Positions 8,946-17,442 of a DNA stretch of 64,000 bases are shown here, piece after piece. Position 1 is the stretch's first letter. Each line of letters begins with the position of its first letter. This DNA is from a virus (lineage: Duplodnaviria > Caudoviricetes), in IMG/VR virus record IMGVR_UViG_3300044448_008243, positions 1 to 64,000 of that record; one strand, 5' to 3'. Made by a program: the position numbers and the translations under genes. The notes beneath the pieces were generated by a model. It was not told the origin of the DNA. It saw only the letters and a list, made by a program, of their open reading frames with translations, and searched no databases.

Positions 8946-9743
8946 ATGGAAAATACACAGAACATTAAAGATCTTGTCCAAAAGTTCTACCCATATGCCA
9001 AGAATGCTTTAGGATTTGAGCATCCTGTACGTGTTATTATGCGACAAGATGCTGAAAATGCTGAACAATCATTAGGAAAAACGGCATACTATGATCCGGA
9101 GAATAAACTTATTGTTCTCTATGTAACAAATAGGCATCCAAAAGATGTACTTCGTTCCTTTTCCCATGAACTAGTTCATCATGCACAAAACTGTCGTGGT
9201 GATTTAGATGATATGACAACACAAGGTCACTATGCAGAAGATGGCAAAGGTAGAGAAATTGAGAAAGAAGCCTACTTACAGGGAAATTTAAATGTAAGAG
9301 ACTGGGAAGATCAGTTAAAGTTTAAAGGAGAAAACCAAATGAACGAACATTATCAAATCGCAAAAGAAGAATTAAGAAAACTAGTGGCAGAAACTTTTAA
9401 ACAAGTTATGGCGGAAAAAGAAGCGAAGCCTGATTTTCTTGATTTAGATAAAGATGGCGACAAAAAAGAGCCGATGAAAAAAGCCGCCAAGGATAAAAAA
9501 GAAAAAGTTAAAGAAGCCGAAAAGCCTAAATATGATAAAAGTCAAGACAAAGAGCACGATGATGCTAAAGAACTTGGTGCCAAGCTTGCTGGCAAACTAG
9601 AGGAATCCAAACAAAAAGAAAAGCAAGTGGTAACAGAAACACCACAGCAACCCAAAGAAGTTAAAGAAACAAATAAGTCTTGGTATAATACAAGTCTTTA
9701 CAGTAAATTAGTATCCAAATGGACAAAAAAAGGAGATAAATAA
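8946..9743 (+). CDS. HExxH metallopeptidase-like domain fused to a charged module with an EF-hand-like loop
   Basis: SFSHELVHHAQ...EKEAY; DFLDLDKDGDKKE; possible internal start at 9339. Confidence 0.65.
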   Translation: MENTQNIKDLVQKFYPYAKNALGFEHPVRVIMRQDAENAEQSLGKTAYYDPENKLIVLYVTNRHPKDVLRSFSHELVHHAQNCRGDLDDMTTQGHYAEDGKGREIEKEAYLQGNLNVRDWEDQLKFKGENQMNEHYQIAKEELRKLVAETFKQVMAEKEAKPDFLDLDKDGDKKEPMKKAAKDKKEKVKEAEKPKYDKSQDKEHDDAKELGAKLAGKLEESKQKEKQVVTETPQQPKEVKETNKSWYNTSLYSKLVSKWTKKGDK

Positions 9744-9744
9744 A

Positions 9745-9975
9745 ATGGGAAGCCCAAGAAGAAGAAGACTAAAAAAAGCAATGAGAGCTGGCATGCTAAA
9801 AGCTAAAGAAGCAGTTGAAGCAGTAGTGGATGTTGTTGTCGAAGCTGTGACACCGGAATTAGAGCCCGAGCCAGAACCACTAGAAGAAGCCCCTGCGGTA
9901 GAAGCCCCAGTGGTCAAAGAGGAGATTAAGACTAAACCCAAAGCGCCCGCAAAAAAAGCACCAAAGAAAAAGTAG
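9745..9975 (+). CDS. Small low-complexity (Glu/Pro/Ala/Lys) protein
   Basis: ORF track; GGAG RBS upstream. Confidence 0.6.
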   Translation: MGSPRRRRLKKAMRAGMLKAKEAVEAVVDVVVEAVTPELEPEPEPLEEAPAVEAPVVKEEIKTKPKAPAKKAPKKK

Positions 9976-9985
9976 GTAAATACTA

Positions 9986-11353
9986 ATGGCAACCGTATAT
10001 GTTTCAAAATCTGGTAATGATAGTAACAACGGTACTGCTGGCGCTCCTGTATTAACTCTTGGAAAAGCTTTTGAAAAGGTTGACGTGGCAAACGAAGCTG
10101 GTAGCGAGATCATCATACAAGATAGCGGCGTCTATCAAGAGGGTGGTCTTGGTACAACATCTAATAACGGTGGGTCAAATGTAGTTGTATCTGATATAAC
10201 TCTTATGGCTCTAACTGGATCAGATGGGCTACCCACAGTTACTCCAACTATTCAAGGATCTGGCAGTGCAGTTCAAAGCTATGCTCTTTACTGCTACAGA
10301 GGTTGGACAATAAAGGGTATTACATTTACAGATTGGATTACCGATGAGGGGGTTATATATCAGCGATCTACCGGCGCTGGAGACTATGGATTAACTATTA
10401 CTCTCTGTACATTCTATCATATAACTGGATCTTGTATTAACCTTAAAGGTGGAAACTCCGCTGCGAATGATCCGGGTATGCACATAATCGATGGAAACAC
10501 TTTTTACGATTTTCAAGCATCCGCAAGCGTTGGATCAGCAATCCACGCTGGGGGCACAAATCATTCAAGACAAATAACGGCTGTGAATAATGTTTTTTAT
10601 GATTGGAAACCGTTGCGTTCAGGTGATAATATTATATTTACGGGCACTACAAATGCTAAAAGACCCCTCAATGTTATTTCACACAATACTTTTGGTACCT
10701 CTAGTGTTGGAAGCAATTTCTTCCCCAATGTAGCGGTAGAAGTTGATTATGCGAAGTTTGAATACAATATAATAAAAGACCAAACCAATGCTCAGTCTTT
10801 TGCTCAAGTAGATAACGGAGAAGCTAATTATAATATTTACCATGGTCTATCTCAAGGAAATGCTCGCGCACCCTTTGGCACCTCCGCCGATCCGACAGGA
10901 TCAACTGGTAACCAGAATATAGATCCAATTTTGAAAGGTCCAGCATTTACAGGCGCTAATGCAAATTACAGATTAAAAGGTAGCAGTTCTCCAGCATTCG
11001 ACGCAGCTATAGGCAGCGCTAATGCCACAAAAGATAGAACAGGGAGGTTGAGATCTGTTTTGGATGTAACTGCTTTCAATACAGGAATATTTGATATTGG
11101 AGCCTATGAGGTAACTGGACTTTGGCAAGATGAATCGCCAGATTCTCTTTCTCAAATCGAATCTGATTTTACTATCAATAGAATTCCAAACGCTGACAAT
11201 CAATGGAAAAAAGGATTGCAGGAGGGCAATTCAGCTGTTCTTGGCAAGGATGTTGATCAAGTTCCGCTTTCCACCGCAGTAAACGGAGCCGTTCCCTCAT
11301 TTATAAGAAAAAGACCAACTGCGAATACTCAAGAATTAGGCAAGAAGGTATAA
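9986..11353 (+). CDS. Right-handed beta-helix (pectin-lyase-like) protein, probably virion-associated
   Basis: N-terminal TVYVSKSGNDSNNGTAGAPVLTLGKA; Asn/Thr/Gly-rich coils; DIGAYE near C-terminus. Confidence 0.65.
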   Translation: MATVYVSKSGNDSNNGTAGAPVLTLGKAFEKVDVANEAGSEIIIQDSGVYQEGGLGTTSNNGGSNVVVSDITLMALTGSDGLPTVTPTIQGSGSAVQSYALYCYRGWTIKGITFTDWITDEGVIYQRSTGAGDYGLTITLCTFYHITGSCINLKGGNSAANDPGMHIIDGNTFYDFQASASVGSAIHAGGTNHSRQITAVNNVFYDWKPLRSGDNIIFTGTTNAKRPLNVISHNTFGTSSVGSNFFPNVAVEVDYAKFEYNIIKDQTNAQSFAQVDNGEANYNIYHGLSQGNARAPFGTSADPTGSTGNQNIDPILKGPAFTGANANYRLKGSSSPAFDAAIGSANATKDRTGRLRSVLDVTAFNTGIFDIGAYEVTGLWQDESPDSLSQIESDFTINRIPNADNQWKKGLQEGNSAVLGKDVDQVPLSTAVNGAVPSFIRKRPTANTQELGKKV

Positions 11354-11357
11354 AGAT

Positions 11358-11642
11358 ATGAACATAGATTACTATAAAATGACAAAAGATTTTTTATTGC
11401 ATGAAGGAGTGTTGCCCGAGGCTACTATATTGACATATGTGCAAGCTTTGTCAGAGACAATTGCAAATATGAAACCTCGCACTCAATCAGAGAGCCGCCG
11501 ATTATCGATGGCAAAGCAGCAATTAAAAGAGATCAAAAAGATGGCTCGTAGAATGCAAGAACAAATAACCGTCTTAGAAGAAAGAGTAAATGTCCTTGAA
11601 GAAATCAAAGAGGATTTAGATAATGGTAAAACTAATAGCTGA
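11358..11642 (+). CDS. Hypothetical coiled-coil protein
   Basis: ORF track. Confidence 0.6.
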   Translation: MNIDYYKMTKDFLLHEGVLPEATILTYVQALSETIANMKPRTQSESRRLSMAKQQLKEIKKMARRMQEQITVLEERVNVLEEIKEDLDNGKTNS

Positions 11643-14358
11643 AGGTGGTGTTGCAGGTCACTTAGCACACCTCTATGACAACCGAAGCTTAACATTTGAA
11701 AAGCTAGCAGAAATTTTAACTTCTGCAAGCAGAGGTAAACTCGTCGGAACTGAAAAGACTGACGGGTTTAATGTTTATTTGGGCTTTAACAATGGAGAGG
11801 CTAAGGCTGCTCGAAATAAGGGAGACATGCAAAAGGGAGGCATGAATGCCGTAGACCTTGCCATGCGTGATTTTAAAGGCGGTCCAGATATTAAAAAGGT
11901 TTATGTTGATTCTTTTAACGCTTTTGAAGCTGCCGTTGCCTCCTTATCTGAAGAAGAAAAGAAAGCTATCTTTGGTTCCGAAGGTGAGATATTTTATAAT
12001 TCAGAAATCATGGGTCCCGGCGCGTCTAATGTTGTTAACTATGATTCCAATATTATCACCATACATAGCGCAGGACACAAAAGATATGACGCAGAAACAG
12101 ACAAAGTTGTCAATGCTGATGTAACAGAGGCGTCCAAAGCATTAGATAAAGTTGTAGATCGCTTTGAGCAAGCAACCCAAGGAAAAAACTTTGGTGTTCA
12201 AAGAACCGCGATGGTCAATCTTCAAAAACTTAGTGGAGATTATGACCTTAAAATAGCACTTGAAAAAATCAAAAAAGCAGGATTCCAAGGTGATATGACC
12301 GTTGAAGACTACCTCGAAGAGAAACTTTCACAAGATGTTGAAGAAAAGTTTAGATCTCTTGATGAAAATCTGAGACAACGGATTGTTGATCGCATTCTGA
12401 AAAAAGAAGGAGCACCTACTCTTACACAGATCTATCGTGGGCTCGGAGCAGAAGCCGAGATAAAAGATCAAGTTAGGAGTTATGTTCAAACCGGTAATAA
12501 GACCATCTCTAAACTAATCTGGCCCATTGAAGATGCCATACACGATTTTGCTGTCGCCATGCTAGAGGGCATGGAGAGCGCTTACATACTTGATAATAAC
12601 AAGGAAATTAGCCGCCTCAAAGGAGAGGTAGAGACAGCCATTAAATCTATTCAGGCTTACCAAGGACCCGGACAAGAGATGGCACACGAAATCTTGGCTA
12701 AACAGCTCAGGAAAATAAAAAACTTAGACAATATTACATCTGTCGCAGAAGGTTTTGTTTTTGAGTATGATGGTCAACTTTACAAGTTTACTGGTAACTT
12801 TGCGCCAATCAACCAGATCTTAGGTCTTTTCCGCTTTGGAAGAGGTGGCGTTAAGATCCCAAGAGTTGATGAGGCAAAAGGTGCTACTGAGACAGTTGCT
12901 ATCGTCCCCGGCGCTTTTAAACCTCCACACAGAGGGCACCTAGATATGGTTAAGCATTACGCAGACAATGCCGACCGTGTTATTGTTATGGTTTCACCCA
13001 AAGCGAGGCAAACTCCTTCAGGGCAAGATGTAGGTCAGGAACAGTCCATTGATATTTGGGAACTTTACTTAAATAAAGCGGGACTTACAAACGTAGAAGT
13101 TATACCTTCTCCACATCCGTCACCAGTTAGATCTGCTTACGAATACGTAGAAAATACCGCACAACCCGGCGAAAATGTTATACTTGGGACAAGCACAAAG
13201 GGCGGTGACCAATCAAGGTTCGCAAAAAACGTTCAAGCATATGCTAAAGAGGGCGTTAGGGTATTAGATCCTATGAAGTTTGCTTTCGATCCAGTTGGCG
13301 AAGAACTTAGTGCTAGTGATTTTAGATCAGCGGCAGAAAGTAGCGATATCAATAGATTTTTACCTAGTGGTATTGAACCACAGGACGTGTTAGATATTTT
13401 AGGCATACAGGGCGGGACTGAAGAAGTTGTAGAACACGCTGCCCTCCCCTTGTTCTTTCGGCTGATTGAAGAAGTTCTGGATGAAATGGAGCCAATTCAA
13501 AAGTTTTATGCAAAAGATCATGCTAAGAAAAGAATGTCTACCAAAGGTGAAAAAAAGAAAGGCGGAGTCCCTTACGATATAAACCCGCCAAAGGCTAGAG
13601 CAAAATCAGCCCCTCCGGGCTTTGGCGGAGCACTAGAGGAAGAGCATAGGTTATCCGAGGGCATTGAAGATGAAACTTGGTATTATTCAACGGATAAGCC
13701 CATTGGTGATAGTTTAGAGCCTATGTATCTTGTGCCAAACAGAGATACTGCCGAAATGACAGGCAAACATGTCTATGCTTTCAAATTTAAACCGGGAACA
13801 AAGTGGTTTGATCTTGGTGCCGATAAAGATATGAAAAATATGCTTCCATACAATATTGACACTCTTGGTTATTTGAGCTTTAGGTGGGAAGATTTCACAT
13901 ATAAAAATATTGATGTTGTTTGGGATATCCCTGATTTCAAACAAGGCTTTGAAAAGATCTTCGTTGTAAATCCAGACGCACTAGAGCAAGTTGATATGGA
14001 ACTAGGTGAAATATCCTCTATGGCTGGTGGTTCTGTTGCGGGGTATTCTTTGCCTTTAGGTGCCAAGGCTAGAAAGAAAAAGAAAAATAAAAAAGCAGGA
14101 AAGCCCTACATGGAACCACACATGCATCAAGATGGAAATAATCTTCAAGAGATTTCAACTAGTTCCGGTGGTTCTATTGAACAATTAAATTTTGACCTTA
14201 CAGATGATACACAAACTTTGTATGTTAGAGAAAAAGAGGGCAGAAAAGGATATCCTTTTGCAGGTATTAAAATAAACATTAAAAAAAAGAAGTACAGGCA
14301 TGATAAAATAAAATTTCCTAGACCAAGGAAAGACGCCCACAGGTATGGTAAAGAGTAA
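11623..14358 (+). CDS. Multidomain protein: ligase-like nucleotidyltransferase fold plus HxGH (NadD/cytidylyltransferase-like) domain and C-terminal modules
   Basis: TEKTDG, NSEIMG, AEGFVF, YKFTG; PGAFKPPHRGHL and LSASDFR. Confidence 0.6.
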   Translation: MVKLIAEGGVAGHLAHLYDNRSLTFEKLAEILTSASRGKLVGTEKTDGFNVYLGFNNGEAKAARNKGDMQKGGMNAVDLAMRDFKGGPDIKKVYVDSFNAFEAAVASLSEEEKKAIFGSEGEIFYNSEIMGPGASNVVNYDSNIITIHSAGHKRYDAETDKVVNADVTEASKALDKVVDRFEQATQGKNFGVQRTAMVNLQKLSGDYDLKIALEKIKKAGFQGDMTVEDYLEEKLSQDVEEKFRSLDENLRQRIVDRILKKEGAPTLTQIYRGLGAEAEIKDQVRSYVQTGNKTISKLIWPIEDAIHDFAVAMLEGMESAYILDNNKEISRLKGEVETAIKSIQAYQGPGQEMAHEILAKQLRKIKNLDNITSVAEGFVFEYDGQLYKFTGNFAPINQILGLFRFGRGGVKIPRVDEAKGATETVAIVPGAFKPPHRGHLDMVKHYADNADRVIVMVSPKARQTPSGQDVGQEQSIDIWELYLNKAGLTNVEVIPSPHPSPVRSAYEYVENTAQPGENVILGTSTKGGDQSRFAKNVQAYAKEGVRVLDPMKFAFDPVGEELSASDFRSAAESSDINRFLPSGIEPQDVLDILGIQGGTEEVVEHAALPLFFRLIEEVLDEMEPIQKFYAKDHAKKRMSTKGEKKKGGVPYDINPPKARAKSAPPGFGGALEEEHRLSEGIEDETWYYSTDKPIGDSLEPMYLVPNRDTAEMTGKHVYAFKFKPGTKWFDLGADKDMKNMLPYNIDTLGYLSFRWEDFTYKNIDVVWDIPDFKQGFEKIFVVNPDALEQVDMELGEISSMAGGSVAGYSLPLGAKARKKKKNKKAGKPYMEPHMHQDGNNLQEISTSSGGSIEQLNFDLTDDTQTLYVREKEGRKGYPFAGIKINIKKKKYRHDKIKFPRPRKDAHRYGKE

Positions 14359-14403
14359 AAGCAAGTAATTAATACTACTTAAGGTATTAAGGAGAAACAC
14401 CAA

Positions 14404-15132
14404 ATGTATATTGATAGACAAGAAATAGTTGAAGAACTTAAGCTTCGCAAGCTTATTCGCAAGGCAATCCGAATCGCAGAAGCAAAAAGACAAAATAACG
14501 AGCAAAAATTCTTATCTGAAGAAGAAAGACTTCGCAAGGTTATTCGTAATTTGATTGCCGAAGCTGAAGTTGGTGATACAGAGGATTCTCCCTATGATAG
14601 CACTGGCTTGAATGTTCTAAATACTTTGTTTGATAACATTCTTAAAACCATTGAGACAGGATATAAAGAACTTGCTTCATCAAGCGATCAAAGGGATTCT
14701 TTTGCTGCACATATGCTTAAAGCTGTTGAGAATACTTTAGCGCCACTCCGCGCTTTAGACAGATCAGATCAAGTATCAGAAGATATTGATATTGAAGTGA
14801 GAAAAGACCGCCCAGAGGATATGTCAGATATTAGAGTTGACAAAGAAGAGCAGGCCGTAGATGACTTTGGTATCGAAGGACAAGACTTAACTGGTCGAGA
14901 TAAGGCTTACGAGACATTTAATAAAGTTGAGACACAGATTGTAGAAGCCTACAAATCACTGCATAGCCAAGAAGACATCAAGGCTTTCTATGATGGACTG
15001 CTTATGAACTTGGATCTTTACTTTAAGAAATTCGAAGATGAAATCCAACCATCAGTCGCTGCACCAGAAACAGCCGCCCCAGCAGAGCCGGAAGCTGGTG
15101 ATATGGACCTCGATGACATAGCCAATATGTAG
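14404..15132 (+). CDS. Acidic hypothetical phage protein
   Basis: AAGGAG RBS; LRKLIRKAI and LRKVIRNLIAE resemble the shared motif. Confidence 0.7.
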   Translation: MYIDRQEIVEELKLRKLIRKAIRIAEAKRQNNEQKFLSEEERLRKVIRNLIAEAEVGDTEDSPYDSTGLNVLNTLFDNILKTIETGYKELASSSDQRDSFAAHMLKAVENTLAPLRALDRSDQVSEDIDIEVRKDRPEDMSDIRVDKEEQAVDDFGIEGQDLTGRDKAYETFNKVETQIVEAYKSLHSQEDIKAFYDGLLMNLDLYFKKFEDEIQPSVAAPETAAPAEPEAGDMDLDDIANM

Positions 15133-15133
15133 T

Positions 15134-15238
15134 CTACTTCAATAACATCCACAAAATAGCACAAACAACCGCAAGTTGCCCTCTAGTCACAAGTTGACCT
15201 GAGTGTAAACTCCACATATCTTTTACTTTCTGTAACAT
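15134..15238 (-). CDS. Unlisted 34-aa small membrane protein (MLQKVKDMWSLHSGQLVTRGQLAVVCAILWMLLK)
   Basis: Hand-translated; GGAGG SD (15246-15250) 7 nt from ATG; ACTAGTTA box upstream; hydrophobic C-terminus. Confidence 0.65.
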   Translation of the reverse strand: MLQKVKDMWSLHSGQLVTRGQLAVVCAILWMLLK

Positions 15239-15270
15239 ATCTATTCCTCCATATATTAACTAGTAGAAAC

Positions 15271-15305
15271 AAAAAAAGCCCTCAACCTTAATTAGTTGAG
15301 GGCTT
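15271..15305 (-). terminator. Rho-independent terminator
   Basis: AAGCCCTCAAC/GTTGAGGGCTT 11-bp stem with 8-nt loop, followed on the minus strand by a T run. Confidence 0.85.
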
Positions 15306-15328
15306 ATATATCAAAATACTTTTTTACT

Positions 15329-16012
15329 TTAAGCTAGCCTAACTGTATTGGTAGATCCGTCTACGTTAGTTACGCGAGTTTCAAACCACCCAACAGGCTG
15401 ACCACCAACAGTAGCTGTTTCCCCATCGGCGGCGGTTGCAGCGACTTTTACTAACTGATTAGTTTGAACAGTCTGCCCTGTAGCGGCAGTCAAAACCAAG
15501 CTTTGATTAACTGTTCCGCTAGCGTTTACCAAGTGCCACCTAATTGTGTCACCAACTTTGATTTTATCTGATCCACCGAATAGGGCTAGAATTACTGACT
15601 TGGCTGGCATTGTTACGGCAACGCTAGTAGAATTAGCTGTAACAACAACGACAGAACTAGCTAGATTTGCAGCAGTCAGAGTATGAGCACCAGTTGCAAC
15701 AGAACCGGCTGCTGGCGGTCTAGTTTTTCTGGCGACGTTAAGAACGCCAGTATCAATATTGGATGTCAGCACCCCTTGCGCTTGAGAGTGATTTCCAAGA
15801 GTTAACCTGTGATCTCCCCCATCCGGATTTTCTATAATCCCACCTGCTGTAACTGTACAACCTCCGGTATCAACAGTCGCTCCACCTGCGAGATGAAGCT
15901 TCTTTTCAATACCAATTCCACCTTTGAATTCAACAGCCGCTGTAGATTTATCCGACGCTTCTGTTACATTAGCGAAGGTTACCCTTCCGTTAAATTGTTT
16001 TTGATCTGCCAT
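15329..16012 (-). CDS. Putative virion structural/decoration protein, paralog 2
   Basis: Thr/Ala/Val/Gly-rich; near-identical termini to 16033-16707. Confidence 0.6.
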   Translation of the reverse strand: MADQKQFNGRVTFANVTEASDKSTAAVEFKGGIGIEKKLHLAGGATVDTGGCTVTAGGIIENPDGGDHRLTLGNHSQAQGVLTSNIDTGVLNVARKTRPPAAGSVATGAHTLTAANLASSVVVVTANSTSVAVTMPAKSVILALFGGSDKIKVGDTIRWHLVNASGTVNQSLVLTAATGQTVQTNQLVKVAATAADGETATVGGQPVGWFETRVTNVDGSTNTVRLA

Positions 16013-16032
16013 TTTATTAGTCCTCCCTTATA

Positions 16033-16707
16033 TTAAGCCAAGCGAACAGTTGCAGAAGATCCGTCCACGTTAGTTACGCGAGTGGCAAATCTCCCTGCTG
16101 CTGTTCCACCTACTGTTGCGGTTTCACCATCTGCTGCATTGGCAGCAATCTTAGCCTGTTGACCCGAAGGCACTGTTCCGTCTCCATCATCAGATACGGT
16201 TAAAACAATACTTTCATTAACTGTAGTACCCAGATTTGCAATTGTGTATTCAATTGTATCTCCAACTGTAATCTCGCCGGAGCCTCCAAATAAAGCAAGA
16301 ATAACTGATTTGGCAGGCATTTTTACAACAGTACTAGTAGCATTAGCTGTAATTTGAATATATCCAGATGCCATCTGGGCAGCTAACAGTGTAGTAGGAC
16401 CAGTTACATTAGCATGTGGCGCTGGTGAAGTTTTTCTTTCTACGTTAAGAACGCCAGTATCAATATTGGCTGTTAAAACACCTTGAGCTTGGGATAAGTT
16501 TCCTAGCTTAAGTTTTCCAGCTGGCATTGTGATACCACCTGCGGTAACTGTAAGCCCACCTGTATTAACTGTAAGTTTTTCTCCGGTGTGTACTTTCTTT
16601 TCTACAGCAACTCCACCTTTGAATTCCACTCCTGCTTCAGAGGCACTAGCTGCGTCTGTTGCATCAGCAAAGGTTACCCTTCCGTTAAATTGTTTTCTAT
16701 CTGCCAT
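16033..16707 (-). CDS. Putative virion structural/decoration protein, paralog 1
   Basis: MADRKQFNGRVTFA...TRVTNVDGSSATVRLA vs MADQKQFNGRVTFA...TRVTNVDGSTNTVRLA. Confidence 0.6.
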   Translation of the reverse strand: MADRKQFNGRVTFADATDAASASEAGVEFKGGVAVEKKVHTGEKLTVNTGGLTVTAGGITMPAGKLKLGNLSQAQGVLTANIDTGVLNVERKTSPAPHANVTGPTTLLAAQMASGYIQITANATSTVVKMPAKSVILALFGGSGEITVGDTIEYTIANLGTTVNESIVLTVSDDGDGTVPSGQQAKIAANAADGETATVGGTAAGRFATRVTNVDGSSATVRLA

Positions 16708-16785
16708 TTTATTATTTCTCCTATAGGTTTAAAATGTTTTTAATTTTCTATATTAACATGCATGTTAGGGTATAACCCAACGTAA

Positions 16786-16793
16786 TAAATAGT
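16786..16793 (-). promoter_or_regulatory. Putative phage late promoter box ACTATTTA
   Basis: Recurrent octamer in the intergenic gap upstream of the paralog pair. Confidence 0.45.
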
Positions 16794-16818
16794 TAATAGT
16801 TTGCGAAAATACCATTTT

Positions 16819-17076
16819 CTATTCTGTTGGGATTTGTTCGTAGATTATGCCGACTTTGTATCTCTTGCCAAACTTAGCTTGGATCTTTTCTTCTAGCTCA
16901 AAGAGGTGCCTAAACTGTAGCTCTTCCCTACCCTTGATTTGCAAGTCCCTAACATAAAAAGTTTGTACCTCAGAGTCGTACTTTTCTAAATCAAAATCAA
17001 CACTCCAAATCTTGGAGCAATACTCTGCGTGGTCTCTTGTCCAATCTCTAACTAATTCAACATCATCTTTGTACAT
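16819..17076 (-). CDS. Hypothetical protein (MYKDDVELV...)
   Basis: Start reassigned to 17076 because the listed 5' extension overlaps tRNA-Asn. Confidence 0.6.
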   Translation of the reverse strand: MYKDDVELVRDWTRDHAEYCSKIWSVDFDLEKYDSEVQTFYVRDLQIKGREELQFRHLFELEEKIQAKFGKRYKVGIIYEQIPTE

Positions 17077-17088
17077 TACAAGCTCGCA

Positions 17089-17163
17089 TGGCTGCGGAGG
17101 CAGGACTCGAACCTGCAACCTTGAAGTTAACAGCTTCCTGCACTACCATTGTGCTACTCCGCA
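17089..17163 (-). tRNA. tRNA-Asn(GTT)
   Basis: Acceptor TGCGGAG/CTCCGCA + G + CCA; anticodon loop CTGTTAA; GGTTCGAGTCC T arm. Confidence 0.95.
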
Positions 17164-17442
17164 TTAGCTCCTTTCCTTTAATTTTACAAGAGTTTTTAGT
17201 GTTTTGTTAAGGTCTATTTTGTGGACATCATCGCAGCGATAATATTTGGGGATAAAGTGATTTTTGTCTTCTGATCTTAGCTTGGCTTTCCACCTTTGGG
17301 ATGTAACATATTTCTCATCGTCAATCCAATCAATCTTAGCCCAAAGCCAGCCGTCTCCTTTAAAATTTTCTTTAACTTCTTCAACTTTACCATAGCGATG
17401 CAATCCGCCATAGTTTTGGAAAACTATATCATTTACCTTCAT
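17164..17442 (-). CDS. Hypothetical protein
   Basis: ORF track; stop abuts the tRNA-Asn 5' end. Confidence 0.65.
   Translation of the reverse strand: MKVNDIVFQNYGGLHRYGKVEEVKENFKGDGWLWAKIDWIDDEKYVTSQRWKAKLRSEDKNHFIPKYYRCDDVHKIDLNKTLKTLVKLKERS

Noticed and set aside
17077-17118. Listed N-terminal extension MQVRVLPPQP of ORF 16819-17118 and ORF 22029-22241
   Set aside because: These are translations of tRNA sequence or its antisense
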